This document shows positions 47,232 through 57,916 of a DNA stretch of 64,000 nucleotides, piece by piece. This DNA comes from Tagaea sp. (GTDB taxonomy: Bacteria > Pseudomonadota > Alphaproteobacteria > CACIAM-22H2), in contig CBDIIB010000005.1 in the NCBI GenBank assembly GCA_965279525.1, positions 481,464-545,463 of the forward strand. The letters run 5' to 3'. The notes under the pieces were generated by a model. The model saw nothing but the letters and a program-made list of their open reading frames with translations, had not been told where the DNA came from and did not search any database. A program made the translations under genes and the position numbers. Positions within the stretch are counted from its first letter, which is position 1. Each line of letters opens with the position of its first letter.

Positions 47232-47996
47232 ATGGCGATCTATCCCGAGATGAAAGACAAGGTCGCACTGGTGACCGGCGGCAGCAGCGGCATCGGTTTT
47301 GCGACCGCGCGCGCATTCGCCCGCCAGGGGGCGCGCGTCGTGATCGCCAGCCGCAGCGCCGCGGGCGGCAAAGCGGCCCTCAAGCAGCTCGCACGGGAAG
47401 GCGAAGTCGAGTGGATCGCGACCGACACGGCCGACGGCAGATCGGTCGCCCGGCTCTTCGCCGCCATCGCAAAGCGCCACACGCGCCTCGACTACGCGTT
47501 CAACAATGGCGGTAGCGGTGCGGGCGGCGGCCCGATCGGCCGCATGAAGGAAGACCAGTGGCGCCGGACCATCGACGGCTACCTCACCTCGGTCTTCCTG
47601 TGCATGAGTGCGGAAATCCCCGCAATGGCCAAAGCCGGCGGCGCAATCGTCAACAACGCGTCTGTCGACGGGCTGCGCGGCTATCCGTTCCCGGGCGGGG
47701 CCGCCTATTCGGCCGCCAAGCACGGCGTGCTCGGGCTCACGAAGAGTGCCGCCCTCGAACAGGCGAAGACGGAGCTGCGGATCTGCGCCATCTGCCCCGG
47801 CTGGATCGACACGCCCCCCGTGGCTAACTGGATGAAGCGCGACAAGGCGGTCGCGACTGAGATCCTGCGCCAGACGCCCAAGGGCCGGCCCGGCAAGCCC
47901 GACGAGATCGCCGAATCGGTGCTGTGGCTATGCTCGGACGCGGCGAGCTTCGCCGTGGGCAGCGTGTTCGCGATCGACGGCGGGTATATGGCCTGA
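47232..47996 (+). CDS. Short-chain dehydrogenase/reductase (classical SDR)
   Basis: Internal ATG of ORF 47184..47996. VALVTGGSSGIGFATA (TGxxxGxG), NNAS, YSAAKHGVLGLTKSAA (YxxxK). Confidence 0.85.
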   Translation: MAIYPEMKDKVALVTGGSSGIGFATARAFARQGARVVIASRSAAGGKAALKQLAREGEVEWIATDTADGRSVARLFAAIAKRHTRLDYAFNNGGSGAGGGPIGRMKEDQWRRTIDGYLTSVFLCMSAEIPAMAKAGGAIVNNASVDGLRGYPFPGGAAYSAAKHGVLGLTKSAALEQAKTELRICAICPGWIDTPPVANWMKRDKAVATEILRQTPKGRPGKPDEIAESVLWLCSDAASFAVGSVFAIDGGYMA

Positions 47997-47999
47997 CGC

Positions 48000-49571
48000 C
48001 TACTCCGCCGCCTGCTTGGTCACCGCTTCCGGCTTCCAGCGCAGCACCGGCGCGCGCGCCGCACGCGTCTCGTCCAGACGCCGACGCGGGGTCAAACGCG
48101 GGGCGGCGTGGAAGAAGGCTTCGGCACCGGGCTTCTTCGCCTCGGCCGCAAGGTGTCGCAGCGTGTCGATGAATGCGTCGAGCGATTCGCGGCTCTCGCT
48201 TTCTGTCGGTTCGATCAGCATCGCGCCGTGGACGACGAGCGGGAAATACATCGTCATCGGGTGGTAGCCCTCGTCGATCATCGCCTTGGCGAAGTCGAGC
48301 GTGGACACGCCCGTGTCCTTTAGGAACGTGTCGTCGAACAGCGCTTCGTGCATGCAGGGGCCGTCGAAGGCCGGGCTCATCACGTCCTTGAGGCGCGCCT
48401 GGATGTAGTTGGCGTTCAGCACCGCGTCTTCCGACGCTTGGCGGATGCCGTCGGCCCCGTGGCTCAGCATGTACGCCATCGCACGCACGAACATGCCCAT
48501 CTGGCCGTTGAACGCCTTGAGGCGGCCGAAGGGCTCTGCCGTCCCCTCCTTCGTCTCGACCAGACGGAACCCGTCCTTGCCGTGCACGACATAGGGCAGC
48601 GGGGCGAAATTCGCCAACGCGGCGGACAGCACGACCGGGCCGGAGCCCGGCCCGCCGCCGCCATGCGGCGTGGAGAAGGTCTTGTGCAGGTTGATGTGCA
48701 TGGCGTCGACGCCGAGATCGGCCGGGCGCACGCGGCCCGCGATGGCGTTGTAGTTCGCCCCGTCGCAATAGAAATAGCCGCCGGCCTTGTGGATCAGGTC
48801 GGCGATCTTGCGGATGTCGTTCTCGAACAGCCCGCAGGTGTTCGGGTTGGTGAGCATGATGGCGGCGACGTCCGGCCCCAGCTTCTTCTCGAACGCGGCG
48901 AGGTCGACGCGCCCGCGCGCGTCGGCCGGGATCGGATCGACCTGGAACCCGAGCAGTGCTGCGGTAGCGGGGTTCGTGCCGTGCGCGGATTCAGGCACGA
49001 GCACGCGCTTTCGCGTCGCACCCTCGCCCTTGGCCTTGATCGCCGACCAGATCGCGACCATGCCGCACAGTTCGCCATGGGCACCTGCCGCCGGGCTCAT
49101 CGCCACGGCGGGCATGCCGGTCAGCGTCTTCAGCCAGTGGGCGAGCCGGTCGATCAGTTCGAGCGCCCCCTGCACGGTCTTGACCGGCTGCAGCGGGTGG
49201 ATGTCGGCGAAGCCCGGCAGGCGGGCCATCTTCTCGTTGAGGCGCGGGTTGTGCTTCATCGTGCACGAACCGAGCGCGAAGAGGCCGCTGTCGATGCCGT
49301 AGTTCTTCTGCGACAGGCGCGTGAAATGGCGCACGACCTGCGGCTCCGAAAGGCACGGCAGGCCGACCTCAGCCTTGCGCGCGAAACCACCCAGCTTCGA
49401 GGCGACCTTCGGTGCGGGGGCGACGTCCACGCCGATGCGGCCCGGCACGCCCTGCTCGAAGATCAGTTTTTCTTCCAGATCGAGGCCGCGATGGCCCGAC
49501 CGGGTGACGACCGGCGGCAGTGCCGATCCGGCATCGTTGGCAGCATTCGTGCGGCCCTGGCTCTTGTCCAT
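48000..49571 (-). CDS. gcvPB: Glycine dehydrogenase (decarboxylating) subunit 2
   Basis: ATG at complement of 49569-49571 (the track uses TTG at 49577). LGSCTMKHNP...ESAHGTNPA...NLHKTFSTPHGGGGPG. Confidence 0.95.
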   Translation of the reverse strand: MDKSQGRTNAANDAGSALPPVVTRSGHRGLDLEEKLIFEQGVPGRIGVDVAPAPKVASKLGGFARKAEVGLPCLSEPQVVRHFTRLSQKNYGIDSGLFALGSCTMKHNPRLNEKMARLPGFADIHPLQPVKTVQGALELIDRLAHWLKTLTGMPAVAMSPAAGAHGELCGMVAIWSAIKAKGEGATRKRVLVPESAHGTNPATAALLGFQVDPIPADARGRVDLAAFEKKLGPDVAAIMLTNPNTCGLFENDIRKIADLIHKAGGYFYCDGANYNAIAGRVRPADLGVDAMHINLHKTFSTPHGGGGPGSGPVVLSAALANFAPLPYVVHGKDGFRLVETKEGTAEPFGRLKAFNGQMGMFVRAMAYMLSHGADGIRQASEDAVLNANYIQARLKDVMSPAFDGPCMHEALFDDTFLKDTGVSTLDFAKAMIDEGYHPMTMYFPLVVHGAMLIEPTESESRESLDAFIDTLRHLAAEAKKPGAEAFFHAAPRLTPRRRLDETRAARAPVLRWKPEAVTKQAAE

Positions 49572-49573
49572 GA

Positions 49574-50920
49574 TCAAAGCACCTCGGCAAGGGCGGCGGC
49601 GAACTTATCCATGTCCGCCGGCGTGTTGGTTTCGGTCGCGGCGACGATCAGCACGTTCGCCATGTCCTTGTGGCCCGGCCACAGACGGCCACCCGGCACG
49701 CCGGCGAGCACGCCCTTGTCCACCAGCGCATCCACGACGGCGGACGCGTCCTTGGGCAGGCGCACGGCGAACTCGTTGAAGAACGCGTCGGTCAGGAGCG
49801 ACACGCCCTTCACCTTGGCGAGCTTCTCGGCCAGCAACGCGGCATGCGCGTGGTTGAGGGCCGCGAGTTCATTGAGGCCGCGTTCGCCCAGCAGCGACAG
49901 ATGCACCGTGAAGGCGAGCGCGCACAGACCCGAGTTCGTGCAGATGTTCGATGTCGCCTTCTCGCGGCGGATATGCTGCTCGCGCGTGGAGAGCGTGAGC
50001 ACCCAACCGCGCTTGCCGTCGGCATCCACCGTCTCGCCGCACAGGCGACCCGGCATCTGGCGCACGTATTTTTCCTTGGCGGCGAACAGACCCACATAGG
50101 GCCCGCCATAATTGAGCCCGTTGCCGATCGACTGGCCCTCGCCCACCACGATGTCGGCGCCCATGGCACCCGGCGGCGTCACGGCACCCATCGAGATGAT
50201 TTCGGGCACCGCGCAGATCAGCAGCGCCCCCGCCTTCTGGCACGCGGCGGCGAGTGCCGAGAAATCCTCGAGCCGGCCGAAAACGTTGGGATACTGCACG
50301 ACGACGCACGAGGTCGTCGCGTCGATCTTCTCGGCGAGGCCCTTGAGGCCGTCGGGCGAGGGCACGCCTGCATCGACCGCGAAGCCGGAGAAGCGGCCGT
50401 GCGTTTCGACCGTCTCGCGATAGTGCGGATGCAAGGCACCCGACAGGATCGCCTTGCCGCGCCGCGTGACGCGGTTGGCCATCATCACGGCTTCCACGCA
50501 CGACGTGGCCGCGTCGTACATCGAGGCGTTCGCCACTTCCATGCCGGTCAGCAGCGCCACCTGCGTCTGGAACTCGAACAGGTATTGCAGCGTGCCCTGC
50601 GCGATCTCGGGCTGGTAGGGCGTGTAGCTCGTCAGGAACTCGCCGCGCTGGATGATGTAGTCGACCGAAGCCGGCACATGATGCCGGTAGGCCCCGCAGC
50701 CGATGAAGCTCGCCATCGACCCCGCCGGGCGGTTCTTCGCGGCAAGGGCGCCCATCTCGCGCTCGACCTCCAGCTCCGTCATCGTCGTGGAAAGGCCGGT
50801 AACCGGGCCTTTCAGCACGGCATGCGCGGGCACGTCGACGAACAGCTCGTCGACCGACGCGGCCCCGATGGCGGCGAGCATCGAACGCCGGTCGGATTCG
50901 GTGTGGGGCAGATAGCGCAT
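49574..50920 (-). CDS. gcvPA: Glycine dehydrogenase (decarboxylating) subunit 1
   Basis: [19 protein letters not shown]...[41 protein letters not shown]. Confidence 0.95.
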   Translation of the reverse strand: MRYLPHTESDRRSMLAAIGAASVDELFVDVPAHAVLKGPVTGLSTTMTELEVEREMGALAAKNRPAGSMASFIGCGAYRHHVPASVDYIIQRGEFLTSYTPYQPEIAQGTLQYLFEFQTQVALLTGMEVANASMYDAATSCVEAVMMANRVTRRGKAILSGALHPHYRETVETHGRFSGFAVDAGVPSPDGLKGLAEKIDATTSCVVVQYPNVFGRLEDFSALAAACQKAGALLICAVPEIISMGAVTPPGAMGADIVVGEGQSIGNGLNYGGPYVGLFAAKEKYVRQMPGRLCGETVDADGKRGWVLTLSTREQHIRREKATSNICTNSGLCALAFTVHLSLLGERGLNELAALNHAHAALLAEKLAKVKGVSLLTDAFFNEFAVRLPKDASAVVDALVDKGVLAGVPGGRLWPGHKDMANVLIVAATETNTPADMDKFAAALAEVL

Positions 50921-50933
50921 GCGTTGTTTTCCT

Positions 50934-51314
50934 TCAGCCCTGCGACTTCACGAACGCGCCGTAGGCGGCTTCGTCCATCAGGTCCTGGAATTCGGCGGAG
51001 TTGCCGGCCTTGATCTTGAAGAACCAGCCCTTGCCGGTCGGGTCGGTGTTGACGAGGCCGGGTTCGGCGGTCAACGCATCGTTCACGCCGACGACCGTGC
51101 CGGTGACGGGCGCGTAGATGTCGGACGCGGCCTTGACCGATTCGACCACCGCGGCCTGCGCGCCCTTGGCGAGCGCCTTGCCCGTTTCGGGCAGTTCGAC
51201 GAACACGACGTCGCCGAGCTGGCCTTGCGCGAAGTCGGAGATGCCGACCGCGTAGACGTCGCCGTCCTCGACGCGGATCCATTCGTGGTCCTTGGTGAAG
51301 CGCAGTTCGGCCAT
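50934..51314 (-). CDS. gcvH: Glycine cleavage system protein H
   Basis: Internal ATG (complement of 51312-51314) of ORF 50934..51776. [15 protein letters not shown]...[14 protein letters not shown] (lipoyl-Lys motif). Confidence 0.95.
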   Translation of the reverse strand: MAELRFTKDHEWIRVEDGDVYAVGISDFAQGQLGDVVFVELPETGKALAKGAQAAVVESVKAASDIYAPVTGTVVGVNDALTAEPGLVNTDPTGKGWFFKIKAGNSAEFQDLMDEAAYGAFVKSQG

Positions 51315-51336
51315 CTTGGTTTTCCTTGTTGGAGTT

Positions 51337-52452
51337 TCAGCCGCGGAAATAGCGATGCGGAGCGAAGGGCATTGCAACGACCTTGCCGGGCAGCGTCTTG
51401 CCGCGCACGACGAGGCCGACCGGCGTGCCCGGGGCGGCCGAAGCGGTGGCGACATAGCCCATGCAGACCGGCCCGTTGACGCTGGGGCCGAAGCCGCCCG
51501 ACGTGACCGTTCCGATCTTCGTGCCCGACGCGTCGACGATCTCGGTGCCCTCGCGCGCGGGCGCACGGCCCTCGGGAAGAATCCCGACGCGCTTGCGCGA
51601 CGGGCCGGCCGCCAGTTCCTTCTGGATGCGTGCCGCACCCGGGAAGCCGCCTTCGGCGCGCCGGCGCTTGGAGATCGACCAGACGAGGTCGGCCTCGACC
51701 GGCGAGGTCGTCGTGTCGATGTCGTGCCCGTAGAGGCACAGGCCCGCTTCGAGGCGAAGCGAGTCGCGCGCCCCAAGGCCGATGGGCTTCACTTCCGGCT
51801 GGGCCAGCAGCGCTTCGGCCAACGCCACGGCCTTGTCGCCGGGGACCGAAATCTCGTAGCCGTCCTCGCCGGTGTAGCCCGAGCGCGTGAAAAAGCACGG
51901 GATGCCGGCGACATCGCCGGTGCGGAAAGTCATGAATTTCTGGCCCGCGGCCGCGGGCGACAGCCGCGCCATCACCTCGGCGGCCTTCGGGCCCTGCAAC
52001 GCGAGCAGTGCGCGGTCGGCGTGATACTCGATCTTCACCTTGCCGCCGATCTTCGCCTGCAGGTGGGCAAGGTCCTGTTCCTTGCAGCCGGCATTGACCA
52101 CGACGAACAGCCGGTCGCCGCGGTTGGTGATCATCAGGTCGTCGAGGATGCCGCCTTCGTCGTTGGTGAACATCGAATAGCGGATCGATCCTTCCTTCAG
52201 GATCGCGAGATCGCCGGGCACGAGGGTTTCGAGCGCGGCCGCCGCGTGGGCGCCGTGCAGCGTGACCTGGCCCATGTGCGACACGTCGAACAGGCCGGCG
52301 GCGACACGCGTGTGGTTGTGCTCGCCGAGGATGCCCATCGGGTATTGCACGGGCATGTCGTAGCCGCCGAACGGCACCATCTTGGCGCCGAGCGACACGT
52401 GCAGCGCATGCAGCTGGGTCTTCTTCAGGGCTTCATCGGCCAAGGGCGACAC
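51337..52452 (-). CDS. gcvT: Glycine cleavage system aminomethyltransferase T
   Basis: GTG start. TQLHALHVSLGAKMVPFGGYDMPVQY...FDVSHMGQ...RSGYTGEDGYEIS. Confidence 0.95.
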   Translation of the reverse strand: MSPLADEALKKTQLHALHVSLGAKMVPFGGYDMPVQYPMGILGEHNHTRVAAGLFDVSHMGQVTLHGAHAAAALETLVPGDLAILKEGSIRYSMFTNDEGGILDDLMITNRGDRLFVVVNAGCKEQDLAHLQAKIGGKVKIEYHADRALLALQGPKAAEVMARLSPAAAGQKFMTFRTGDVAGIPCFFTRSGYTGEDGYEISVPGDKAVALAEALLAQPEVKPIGLGARDSLRLEAGLCLYGHDIDTTTSPVEADLVWSISKRRRAEGGFPGAARIQKELAAGPSRKRVGILPEGRAPAREGTEIVDASGTKIGTVTSGGFGPSVNGPVCMGYVATASAAPGTPVGLVVRGKTLPGKVVAMPFAPHRYFRG

Positions 52453-52499
52453 TCCGGGGACAGGACGGCGCTCGACGCCGGCGGGAATGCCGGTGCGCG

Positions 52500-52700
52500 C
52501 GCCCCCTCTGTCCTGGGACCTGAAAGAATCGCCCGAATCAAAGTACCGGGCTTACCTCTTCGGTGGAGACGGGCCCGAAGGCCCCTCATCGCTTTCCAGA
52601 GTACGCTCGCCCGCGCGGTCCTTTTGCCTGAGAGTTTCCGGGGCGGTTGCTCCTTCGGCGCCCCCGGCGGCGAACCGGAGGTCTCTCCCGCGCGGGAGTC
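52500..52700 (-). promoter_or_regulatory. Tandem glycine riboswitch (two aptamers) in the gcvT leader
   Basis: On the minus strand, aptamer 1 reads CGGGAGAGACC...GCGCCGAAGGAGCAACC...CTCAGGCAAAAGGACC. Aptamer 2 reads CTCTGGAAAGCG...CCACCGAAGAGGTAAGCC...TTCAGGTCCCAGGACAGAGGGG. Both match the conserved glycine-aptamer cores. Confidence 0.85.
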
Positions 52701-52725
52701 GCACCCTTACGGGTGCGCGACACCG

Positions 52726-52753
52726 AACATAGCGGGCGCCCCTCGCGGGTCAA
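52726..52753 (-). promoter_or_regulatory. Candidate sigma-70 promoter for the glycine riboswitch and gcv operon
   Basis: The minus strand reads TTGACC-N16-TATGTT, about 25 nt upstream of aptamer 1. Confidence 0.45.
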
Positions 52754-52823
52754 GGAAGACCGCGCAGGTGGTTGATTCAAATGGCAGGAATTCTGGGGAT
52801 AATTCGGCGACTCGGGGAAGCGC

Positions 52824-53360
52824 CTAGCGTGCCCCGCGCTGCGCGCGGTTCCAGGCGACCTGCTCGGCGGTCAGCTGGAAGCCGACGAGGATCTGGAAGG
52901 ACGGGCCGTCGAAATTGCTCCGGAGCGGGATATGCGGTTCCCACTGGTCGACGCGGCCGGTGCGCGGGCGATTGTCGGGCCATTCGAAATCGGCGCGGAA
53001 GGTTTCCTTGGCGACGATGTTGCGCTCGCCGTCCACGATCGCGACGAAATAGGGCAGGCTCGCCTTGCGCGTGCGCTCGGCGGGGCCGCGCTCGGCGGCG
53101 AACGCGATCTGCAGGTCGAGCGTGACGGCGGGCTTGGCGTTGCGGCCCTTGGCGTATTCGCAGGTGATCCTCAAGTCGACGACCTGGCCCTGGACGAGCA
53201 CGTCGGTCACGTCGCGCCCCGGCCCGTCGCGGAACTGCACGACAATGTTGGCGTCGGGTACGATCCCGCCCGCGGGACACACGGCCGACATCGCCGAATC
53301 GCCCGACGAGCAGCCGGCAAGCAGGGTGGCCGCGAGGCCGATCGCGAGTGCTGTCCGCAT
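52824..53360 (-). CDS. Lipoprotein of unknown function
   Basis: Internal ATG (complement of 53358-53360) of ORF 52824..53534. Lipobox [17 protein letters not shown]. 1-nt TGATG coupling to the upstream CDGSH gene. Confidence 0.65.
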   Translation of the reverse strand: MRTALAIGLAATLLAGCSSGDSAMSAVCPAGGIVPDANIVVQFRDGPGRDVTDVLVQGQVVDLRITCEYAKGRNAKPAVTLDLQIAFAAERGPAERTRKASLPYFVAIVDGERNIVAKETFRADFEWPDNRPRTGRVDQWEPHIPLRSNFDGPSFQILVGFQLTAEQVAWNRAQRGAR

Positions 53361-53602
53361 CACGGCAGGTTCTTGTGGCCGCCGTCGCAGAAAGGCTGGT
53401 TCTTGCTGGCCTTGCAGCCGCAAAAGAACATCTTCTTGGCTTCGTCCGCGACGAACTTCATCGGCTGGAAGCCGCTGCCGGCGTGGCTGCCGTCGCAGAA
53501 CGGCTGCTTCTTCGACAGGCCGCACGAGCACCACCAGTACGCCTTGCCGGCCTCGACTTCGACCGGATAGGGGGCTTTCTGCGGAACAGCGGGCGTGGTC
53601 AT
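53360..53602 (-). CDS. CDGSH iron-sulfur domain protein (two CDGSH motifs)
   Basis: Last 80 codons of ORF 53360..54619. [42 protein letters not shown]...[22 protein letters not shown]. Confidence 0.85.
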   Translation of the reverse strand: MTTPAVPQKAPYPVEVEAGKAYWWCSCGLSKKQPFCDGSHAGSGFQPMKFVADEAKKMFFCGCKASKNQPFCDGGHKNLP

Positions 53603-53701
53603 CGGGGGCGGCATCCTCGGAGCGGAAAATGGCGTCGGGCGGGGCTGGCGCAGCGCTGCGACTCCGGTGTAACTAACGGGTCCGACCTTAGAGAAACCGC
53701 C

Positions 53702-54649
53702 ATGCCCGCACAAGCGCCGCTGACCGTTCTGCTCGCCGGCCCCCGCGGCTTCTGCGCCGGCGTCGACCGCGCGATCCTGATCGTGGAACGGGCACTCGAA
53801 AAATACGGCGCGCCCGTCTATGTGCGTCACGAGATCGTGCACAACCGCTTCGTCGTGGAATCGCTCGAGGCGAAGGGCGCCGTGTTCGTCGACGAGCTCG
53901 ACGACGTGCCCGGCGACCGGCCGGTCGTCTTCTCTGCGCACGGCGTGCCCAAGGCGGTGCCGGCCGAAGCCGTGCGTCGCAAGATGTTCTATCTCGACGC
54001 GACGTGCCCGCTGGTCAGCAAGGTCCATTCGGCGGCCGAACACCACCACAAGGCCGGCCGGCACCTGGTGCTGATCGGGCACGCCGGCCACCCCGAAGTC
54101 GTCGGCACGATGGGCCAGCTGCCCGACGGCGCGATCACGCTGGTCGAGGACGAGGCACAGGCCGAGCGCGTCGCACTGCCGGCGGACCGCGAGCTCGCCT
54201 TCTCGACCCAGACCACGCTGTCGGTCGACGACACGGCCGGCATCGTCGCCGTGCTGATGCGCCGCTTTCCCGAGATGCGCCCGCCGCGCTCGGACGACAT
54301 CTGCTATGCGACCACCAACCGCCAGTCGGCGGTGAAGGCGATCGCAGCCACCGCCGACGCGATCCTGGTGCTGGGCTCGCCCAAATCGTCGAACTCGATG
54401 CGGCTGGTGGAAGTGGCGCGCCGCTCGGGCTGCGCCAACGCCCAGCTCGTCCAGCGCGCGTCCGAGATCGACTGGCCCAAGCTCGGTCCCTTGCGCCGGC
54501 TCGGCATCACCGCGGGGGCTTCGGCACCCGAGCTGCTGGTGCAGGAAGCGATCGCGGCGGCGCGCGTGCACTATGACGTGACGATCGAAGAGGTCGTGAC
54601 GGCGCGCGAGGACGTGCATTTCAACCTGCCGCGCGTCCTCGAAGGCTAG
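53702..54649 (+). CDS. ispH: 4-hydroxy-3-methylbut-2-enyl diphosphate reductase
   Basis: Internal ATG of ORF 53348..54649. [15 protein letters not shown]...VRHEIVHN...[10 protein letters not shown]...GHAGHPEV...CYATTNRQ...GSPKSSNS. Confidence 0.95.
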   Translation: MPAQAPLTVLLAGPRGFCAGVDRAILIVERALEKYGAPVYVRHEIVHNRFVVESLEAKGAVFVDELDDVPGDRPVVFSAHGVPKAVPAEAVRRKMFYLDATCPLVSKVHSAAEHHHKAGRHLVLIGHAGHPEVVGTMGQLPDGAITLVEDEAQAERVALPADRELAFSTQTTLSVDDTAGIVAVLMRRFPEMRPPRSDDICYATTNRQSAVKAIAATADAILVLGSPKSSNSMRLVEVARRSGCANAQLVQRASEIDWPKLGPLRRLGITAGASAPELLVQEAIAAARVHYDVTIEEVVTAREDVHFNLPRVLEG

Positions 54650-54657
54650 GACAGCGC

Positions 54658-55629
54658 ATGGCCGTCTATACCGACGTCGACGACGAGGCGCTGGCCGACT
54701 TCCTTGCGGGCTACGACATCGGGCGACTCGTCGGCTATCGCGGCATCGCGGAGGGCGTGGAGAACTCGAACTTCCTCGTCGATACCGACCGCGGGCGCTA
54801 CATCCTGACGCTCTACGAAAAGCGCGTGAAGAAGGAGGACCTGCCCTTCTTCCTCGGCCTCATGCAGCATCTGGCGGCCAAGGGTCTCGCCTGCCCCACG
54901 CCGTTGATGCGCCGCGACGGCACGATGCAGGGCGAACTGTGCGGCCGGCCGGCAGCGATCGTTAGCTTCCTTGCCGGCGTGTGGCCCAGGCGCGTGGCGC
55001 TGGCGCACTGCGCGCCGGTGGGCGAAGCGCTCGCCTCGCTGCATCTTGCGGGCGAAGGCTTCGGCCTGAAGCGCGCCAACGCGCTCGGCCCCGCGGGCTG
55101 GCGGCCGCTCTTTGACGCCTGCGCGCCGCGCGCCGACGAGGTCGAGAAGGGCCTTGGCGCGGAACTTGGCAGCGAGCTTGCGTTCCTCGAGGCGAAATGG
55201 CCCAGGGGCCTGCCCGAGGGCGTCATCCATGCCGACCTCTTTCCCGACAACGTCTTTTTCCTCGGCGACGAATTCTCGGGGATGATCGACTTCTATTTCG
55301 CGTGCAACGACTTCCTCGCCTACGACCTCGCGATCTGCCTCAACGCGTGGTGCTTCGAGCCGGACGGCCAGCTCAACGCCACGAAGGCCCGCCGGCTCGT
55401 CGCCGGCTACCGGCGCAAGCGCGAGCTTACGTCCGCCGAACTCGACGCGTTGCCGGTGTTCGCGCGCGGCTCGGCGCTGCGCTTCCTGCTGACGCGTCTC
55501 TACGACTGGCTCAACCACCCGCCCGGTGCCTTCGTCCGGCCCAAAGATCCCCTCGAATATGCCAAGAAGCTGCGCTTCCATCGCGGGGCCGCGAGCCTCG
55601 CGGCCTATGGAATCGAGAGGACGCCATGA
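54658..55629 (+). CDS. thrB: Homoserine kinase (ThrB, APH-fold type)
   Basis: [22 protein letters not shown]...[28 protein letters not shown]...[13 protein letters not shown]. Confidence 0.9.
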   Translation: MAVYTDVDDEALADFLAGYDIGRLVGYRGIAEGVENSNFLVDTDRGRYILTLYEKRVKKEDLPFFLGLMQHLAAKGLACPTPLMRRDGTMQGELCGRPAAIVSFLAGVWPRRVALAHCAPVGEALASLHLAGEGFGLKRANALGPAGWRPLFDACAPRADEVEKGLGAELGSELAFLEAKWPRGLPEGVIHADLFPDNVFFLGDEFSGMIDFYFACNDFLAYDLAICLNAWCFEPDGQLNATKARRLVAGYRRKRELTSAELDALPVFARGSALRFLLTRLYDWLNHPPGAFVRPKDPLEYAKKLRFHRGAASLAAYGIERTP

Positions 55630-56309
55630 AACGCCATCTGATCGCCGCCCTGTTCGTGCTGCTGCCGTCGCTGGCGTTGGCGCAGGCCCCCGACCCGCGT
55701 CTTTCCTTGCGCGAAAGTGCGGAGCGCGAGCTGGCGCAGGACCGGCTCACGGTCTCGCTGCGCGTCGAGGCGACGGCGGCGACCGCTGCCGCCGTCCAGG
55801 GCGACGTCAACCGGCGCATGGAGGCGGCCCTTGCGCGCGCACGCGCCGTGTCCGGCGTGCGCGTCGAAACGACCGGCTACTGGACCTACGAGGAGCGCCC
55901 GGCCAACCAGCCGCGCCGCTGGCGCGGGCAGGCCGGGCTCAATCTCGTGGGCAGCGACACGGGTGCCGTCCTCGCACTTGCCGGCGCCTTGCAGGAAACC
56001 GGGCTTGCCATGTCGGGCATGCGCTTCGAGCTCACGCCCGAATCCGCGCGTGCCGTGCAGGACGAACTGACGGCCGACGCGCTGAGGCGCGTGCGGGCGC
56101 GCGCCGACAAGGCCGCCGACGCGATCGGGATGCGCGTCGTGGGCATCGTCGAGATGCGCGTGGGCGATGCCGGCGGAACCGTGCCGCAACCGCGCCCGAT
56201 GATGCGCGCTTCCGCGATGGCGGCCGAAGCGGCGGCACCGGTCGCCGAGCCGGGCCTTGCCACCGTGCGGATCGAAGTCGAAGCCGTGTTCCGCCTGGGG
56301 CCGAAATGA
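55626..56309 (+). CDS. SIMPL/DUF541 domain periplasmic protein
   Basis: Internal ATG of ORF 55197..56309, with ATGA overlaps to thrB and rnhA. Signal [21 protein letters not shown]. The family call is by eye. Confidence 0.7.
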   Translation: MKRHLIAALFVLLPSLALAQAPDPRLSLRESAERELAQDRLTVSLRVEATAATAAAVQGDVNRRMEAALARARAVSGVRVETTGYWTYEERPANQPRRWRGQAGLNLVGSDTGAVLALAGALQETGLAMSGMRFELTPESARAVQDELTADALRRVRARADKAADAIGMRVVGIVEMRVGDAGGTVPQPRPMMRASAMAAEAAAPVAEPGLATVRIEVEAVFRLGPK

Positions 56310-56758
56310 ACGACGGCGCCGACGCCGATCTGGTCGAGCTTTTCACCGACGGGGCGTGCAGCGGCAATCCCGGCCCCGGCGGCTGGGGCGCACTGCTGCG
56401 CTGGCGCGGCACCGAGAAGGAACTTTCCGGCGGCGAGAACCCCACGACCAACAACCGCATGGAGCTGATGGCCGCCATCGAGGGCCTGAAGGCGCTCAAG
56501 CGCGGCATGCGCGTGCGCGTATGGACCGACAGCGTCTATGTGCGCGACGGCATCACCAAATGGATCCACGGCTGGAAGCGCAGCGGCTGGAAGACGGCCG
56601 ACAAGAAGCCGGTCAAGAACGTGGATCTGTGGCAAGCACTGATCGCCGCGACCGAGGGTCACGAGATCGAGTGGCGCTGGGTCAAGGGCCATGCCGGCCA
56701 TGTCGAGAACGAACGCGCCGACGCGCTGGCGCGCGGGGCGATCGCGGCGGTTCGCTGA
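56306..56758 (+). CDS. rnhA: Ribonuclease HI
   Basis: Tail of ORF 55526..56758. [22 protein letters not shown]...[15 protein letters not shown]...VWTDSVYV...[20 protein letters not shown]. Confidence 0.95.
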   Translation: MNDGADADLVELFTDGACSGNPGPGGWGALLRWRGTEKELSGGENPTTNNRMELMAAIEGLKALKRGMRVRVWTDSVYVRDGITKWIHGWKRSGWKTADKKPVKNVDLWQALIAATEGHEIEWRWVKGHAGHVENERADALARGAIAAVR

Positions 56759-56833
56759 CGAAAGGGCAGGCTGGCAATCGGCACGGGTTTCGCTAGGATC
56801 GTTCCCGAATCGTCTTCAGGAGACCGACCCCAC

Positions 56834-57400
56834 ATGCGCCTCGTTCCCGTCCTTGCCGCCGCCGCCCTGCTCGTTCCCGGTGCCGCCCTCGCCCATACCG
56901 GCCACGGCTCGGTCGACGGGCTGGCGCACGGCTTCGCCCACCCCTTCGGCGGTCTCGACCACCTGCTGGCGATGTTCGCGGTCGGCCTCTTCGCGGTCCG
57001 CCTCGGCGGGCGAGCACTCTGGCTCGTACCTGCCGCTTTCGTGGGCATGATGGCGCTGGGCGGGATCGCCGGGTTCGAGGGGCTGGACGTGCCCTTTGTC
57101 GAGACCGGCATCGCGCTCTCGGTCGTCGCCATCGGCATCGCCGTTGCCACCGGCTACGTGCCGCCGGTCGCGGCCGCCGCCGCGTTCGTCGGCTTCTTCG
57201 CGGTCTTCCACGGCTTCGCGCACGGCGCGGAACTTCCCGCGGGCGCCGGCGGTCTGGGCTATTCGGCGGGCTTCCTCGCCGCGACGGCACTGCTGCACGC
57301 CGCAGGTATTGCCGCAGGATTCACCGGCCCGCGCCTCGTTCGCGCGGGCGGTGTTGCCGTGGCACTCGCCGGTGCCGTGCTGCTGGCCGGCGCCGTCTAG
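56834..57400 (+). CDS. HupE/UreJ family metal transporter
   Basis: Signal followed by AHTGHG...GFAHPFGGLDHLLAMFAVGL...FHGFAHGAE motifs. Confidence 0.85.
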   Translation: MRLVPVLAAAALLVPGAALAHTGHGSVDGLAHGFAHPFGGLDHLLAMFAVGLFAVRLGGRALWLVPAAFVGMMALGGIAGFEGLDVPFVETGIALSVVAIGIAVATGYVPPVAAAAAFVGFFAVFHGFAHGAELPAGAGGLGYSAGFLAATALLHAAGIAAGFTGPRLVRAGGVAVALAGAVLLAGAV

Positions 57401-57882
57401 CCGAGCTGCTTCAGCAGCGTCCCGGCGTCCGACACTTCGAAAGCACCCGGCTTCTCGAGATTGAAGGCTTCGATCTTGCCGTCGACGACATAGGCCGAGA
57501 AGCGGCGCATGCGCGTGCCCATGACGTTGGCCGAGCCGTCCATCTCGATGCCCAGCGCCTTGGCCAGCGCCCCGTTGCCGTCGGCGACCATCGCGACCTT
57601 CGTGCCCACGTTCTGCGACTTGCCCCAGGCGTCCATCACGAAGGCGTCGTTGACCGACACGCACGCGATGGTGTCGATCCCCTTGGCCTTGAACGCGTCG
57701 GCCTTCTCGACGAAGCCCGGCAGGTGCTTGGCCGAGCAGGTCGGCGTGAAGGCACCGGGCAGGCCGAAGATCGCGACCTTCTTGCCCTTGAAGAGATCGT
57801 CGGTCGTGAAATCCTTCGGGCCCTCGGCGGTCATGATCCGCATCCGGGCGGCCGGGATCGTCTGGCCCTTTTCGATCGTCAT
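57397..57882 (-). CDS. Peroxiredoxin, Prx5 subfamily (paralog 1)
   Basis: KKVAIFGLPGAFTPTCSAKHLPGFV (peroxidatic Cys). No signal peptide. AGGAGG upstream. Confidence 0.9.
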   Translation of the reverse strand: MTIEKGQTIPAARMRIMTAEGPKDFTTDDLFKGKKVAIFGLPGAFTPTCSAKHLPGFVEKADAFKAKGIDTIACVSVNDAFVMDAWGKSQNVGTKVAMVADGNGALAKALGIEMDGSANVMGTRMRRFSAYVVDGKIEAFNLEKPGAFEVSDAGTLLKQLG

Positions 57883-57916
57883 CGTGCGTTCCTCCTGTAT
57901 CGCCGGCGGTCGGGTA

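Noticed and set aside
46821-47515. Track ORFs 46821..47003(+) 60 aa and 47027..47515(+) 162 aa in and around the atp-SDR gap
   Set aside because: The 60-aa ORF begins inside atpF in another frame, and the 162-aa ORF runs into the SDR gene out of frame. Both are Arg-rich without motifs. Only the terminal 20 codons of the first, with their own Shine-Dalgarno, are kept as a speculative micro-ORF in the findings.
56817-56829. B12-box-like CAGGAGACCGACC just upstream of the HupE/UreJ gene; cobalamin riboswitches often precede hupE-type cobalt transporters
   Set aside because: Only about 75 nt separate rnhA from hupE. I cannot find the rest of the cobalamin aptamer core (no GCCACTG element, no convincing GGGAA/GGTG region). 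The match coincides with the Shine-Dalgarno AGGAG, so it is most likely a coincidence.
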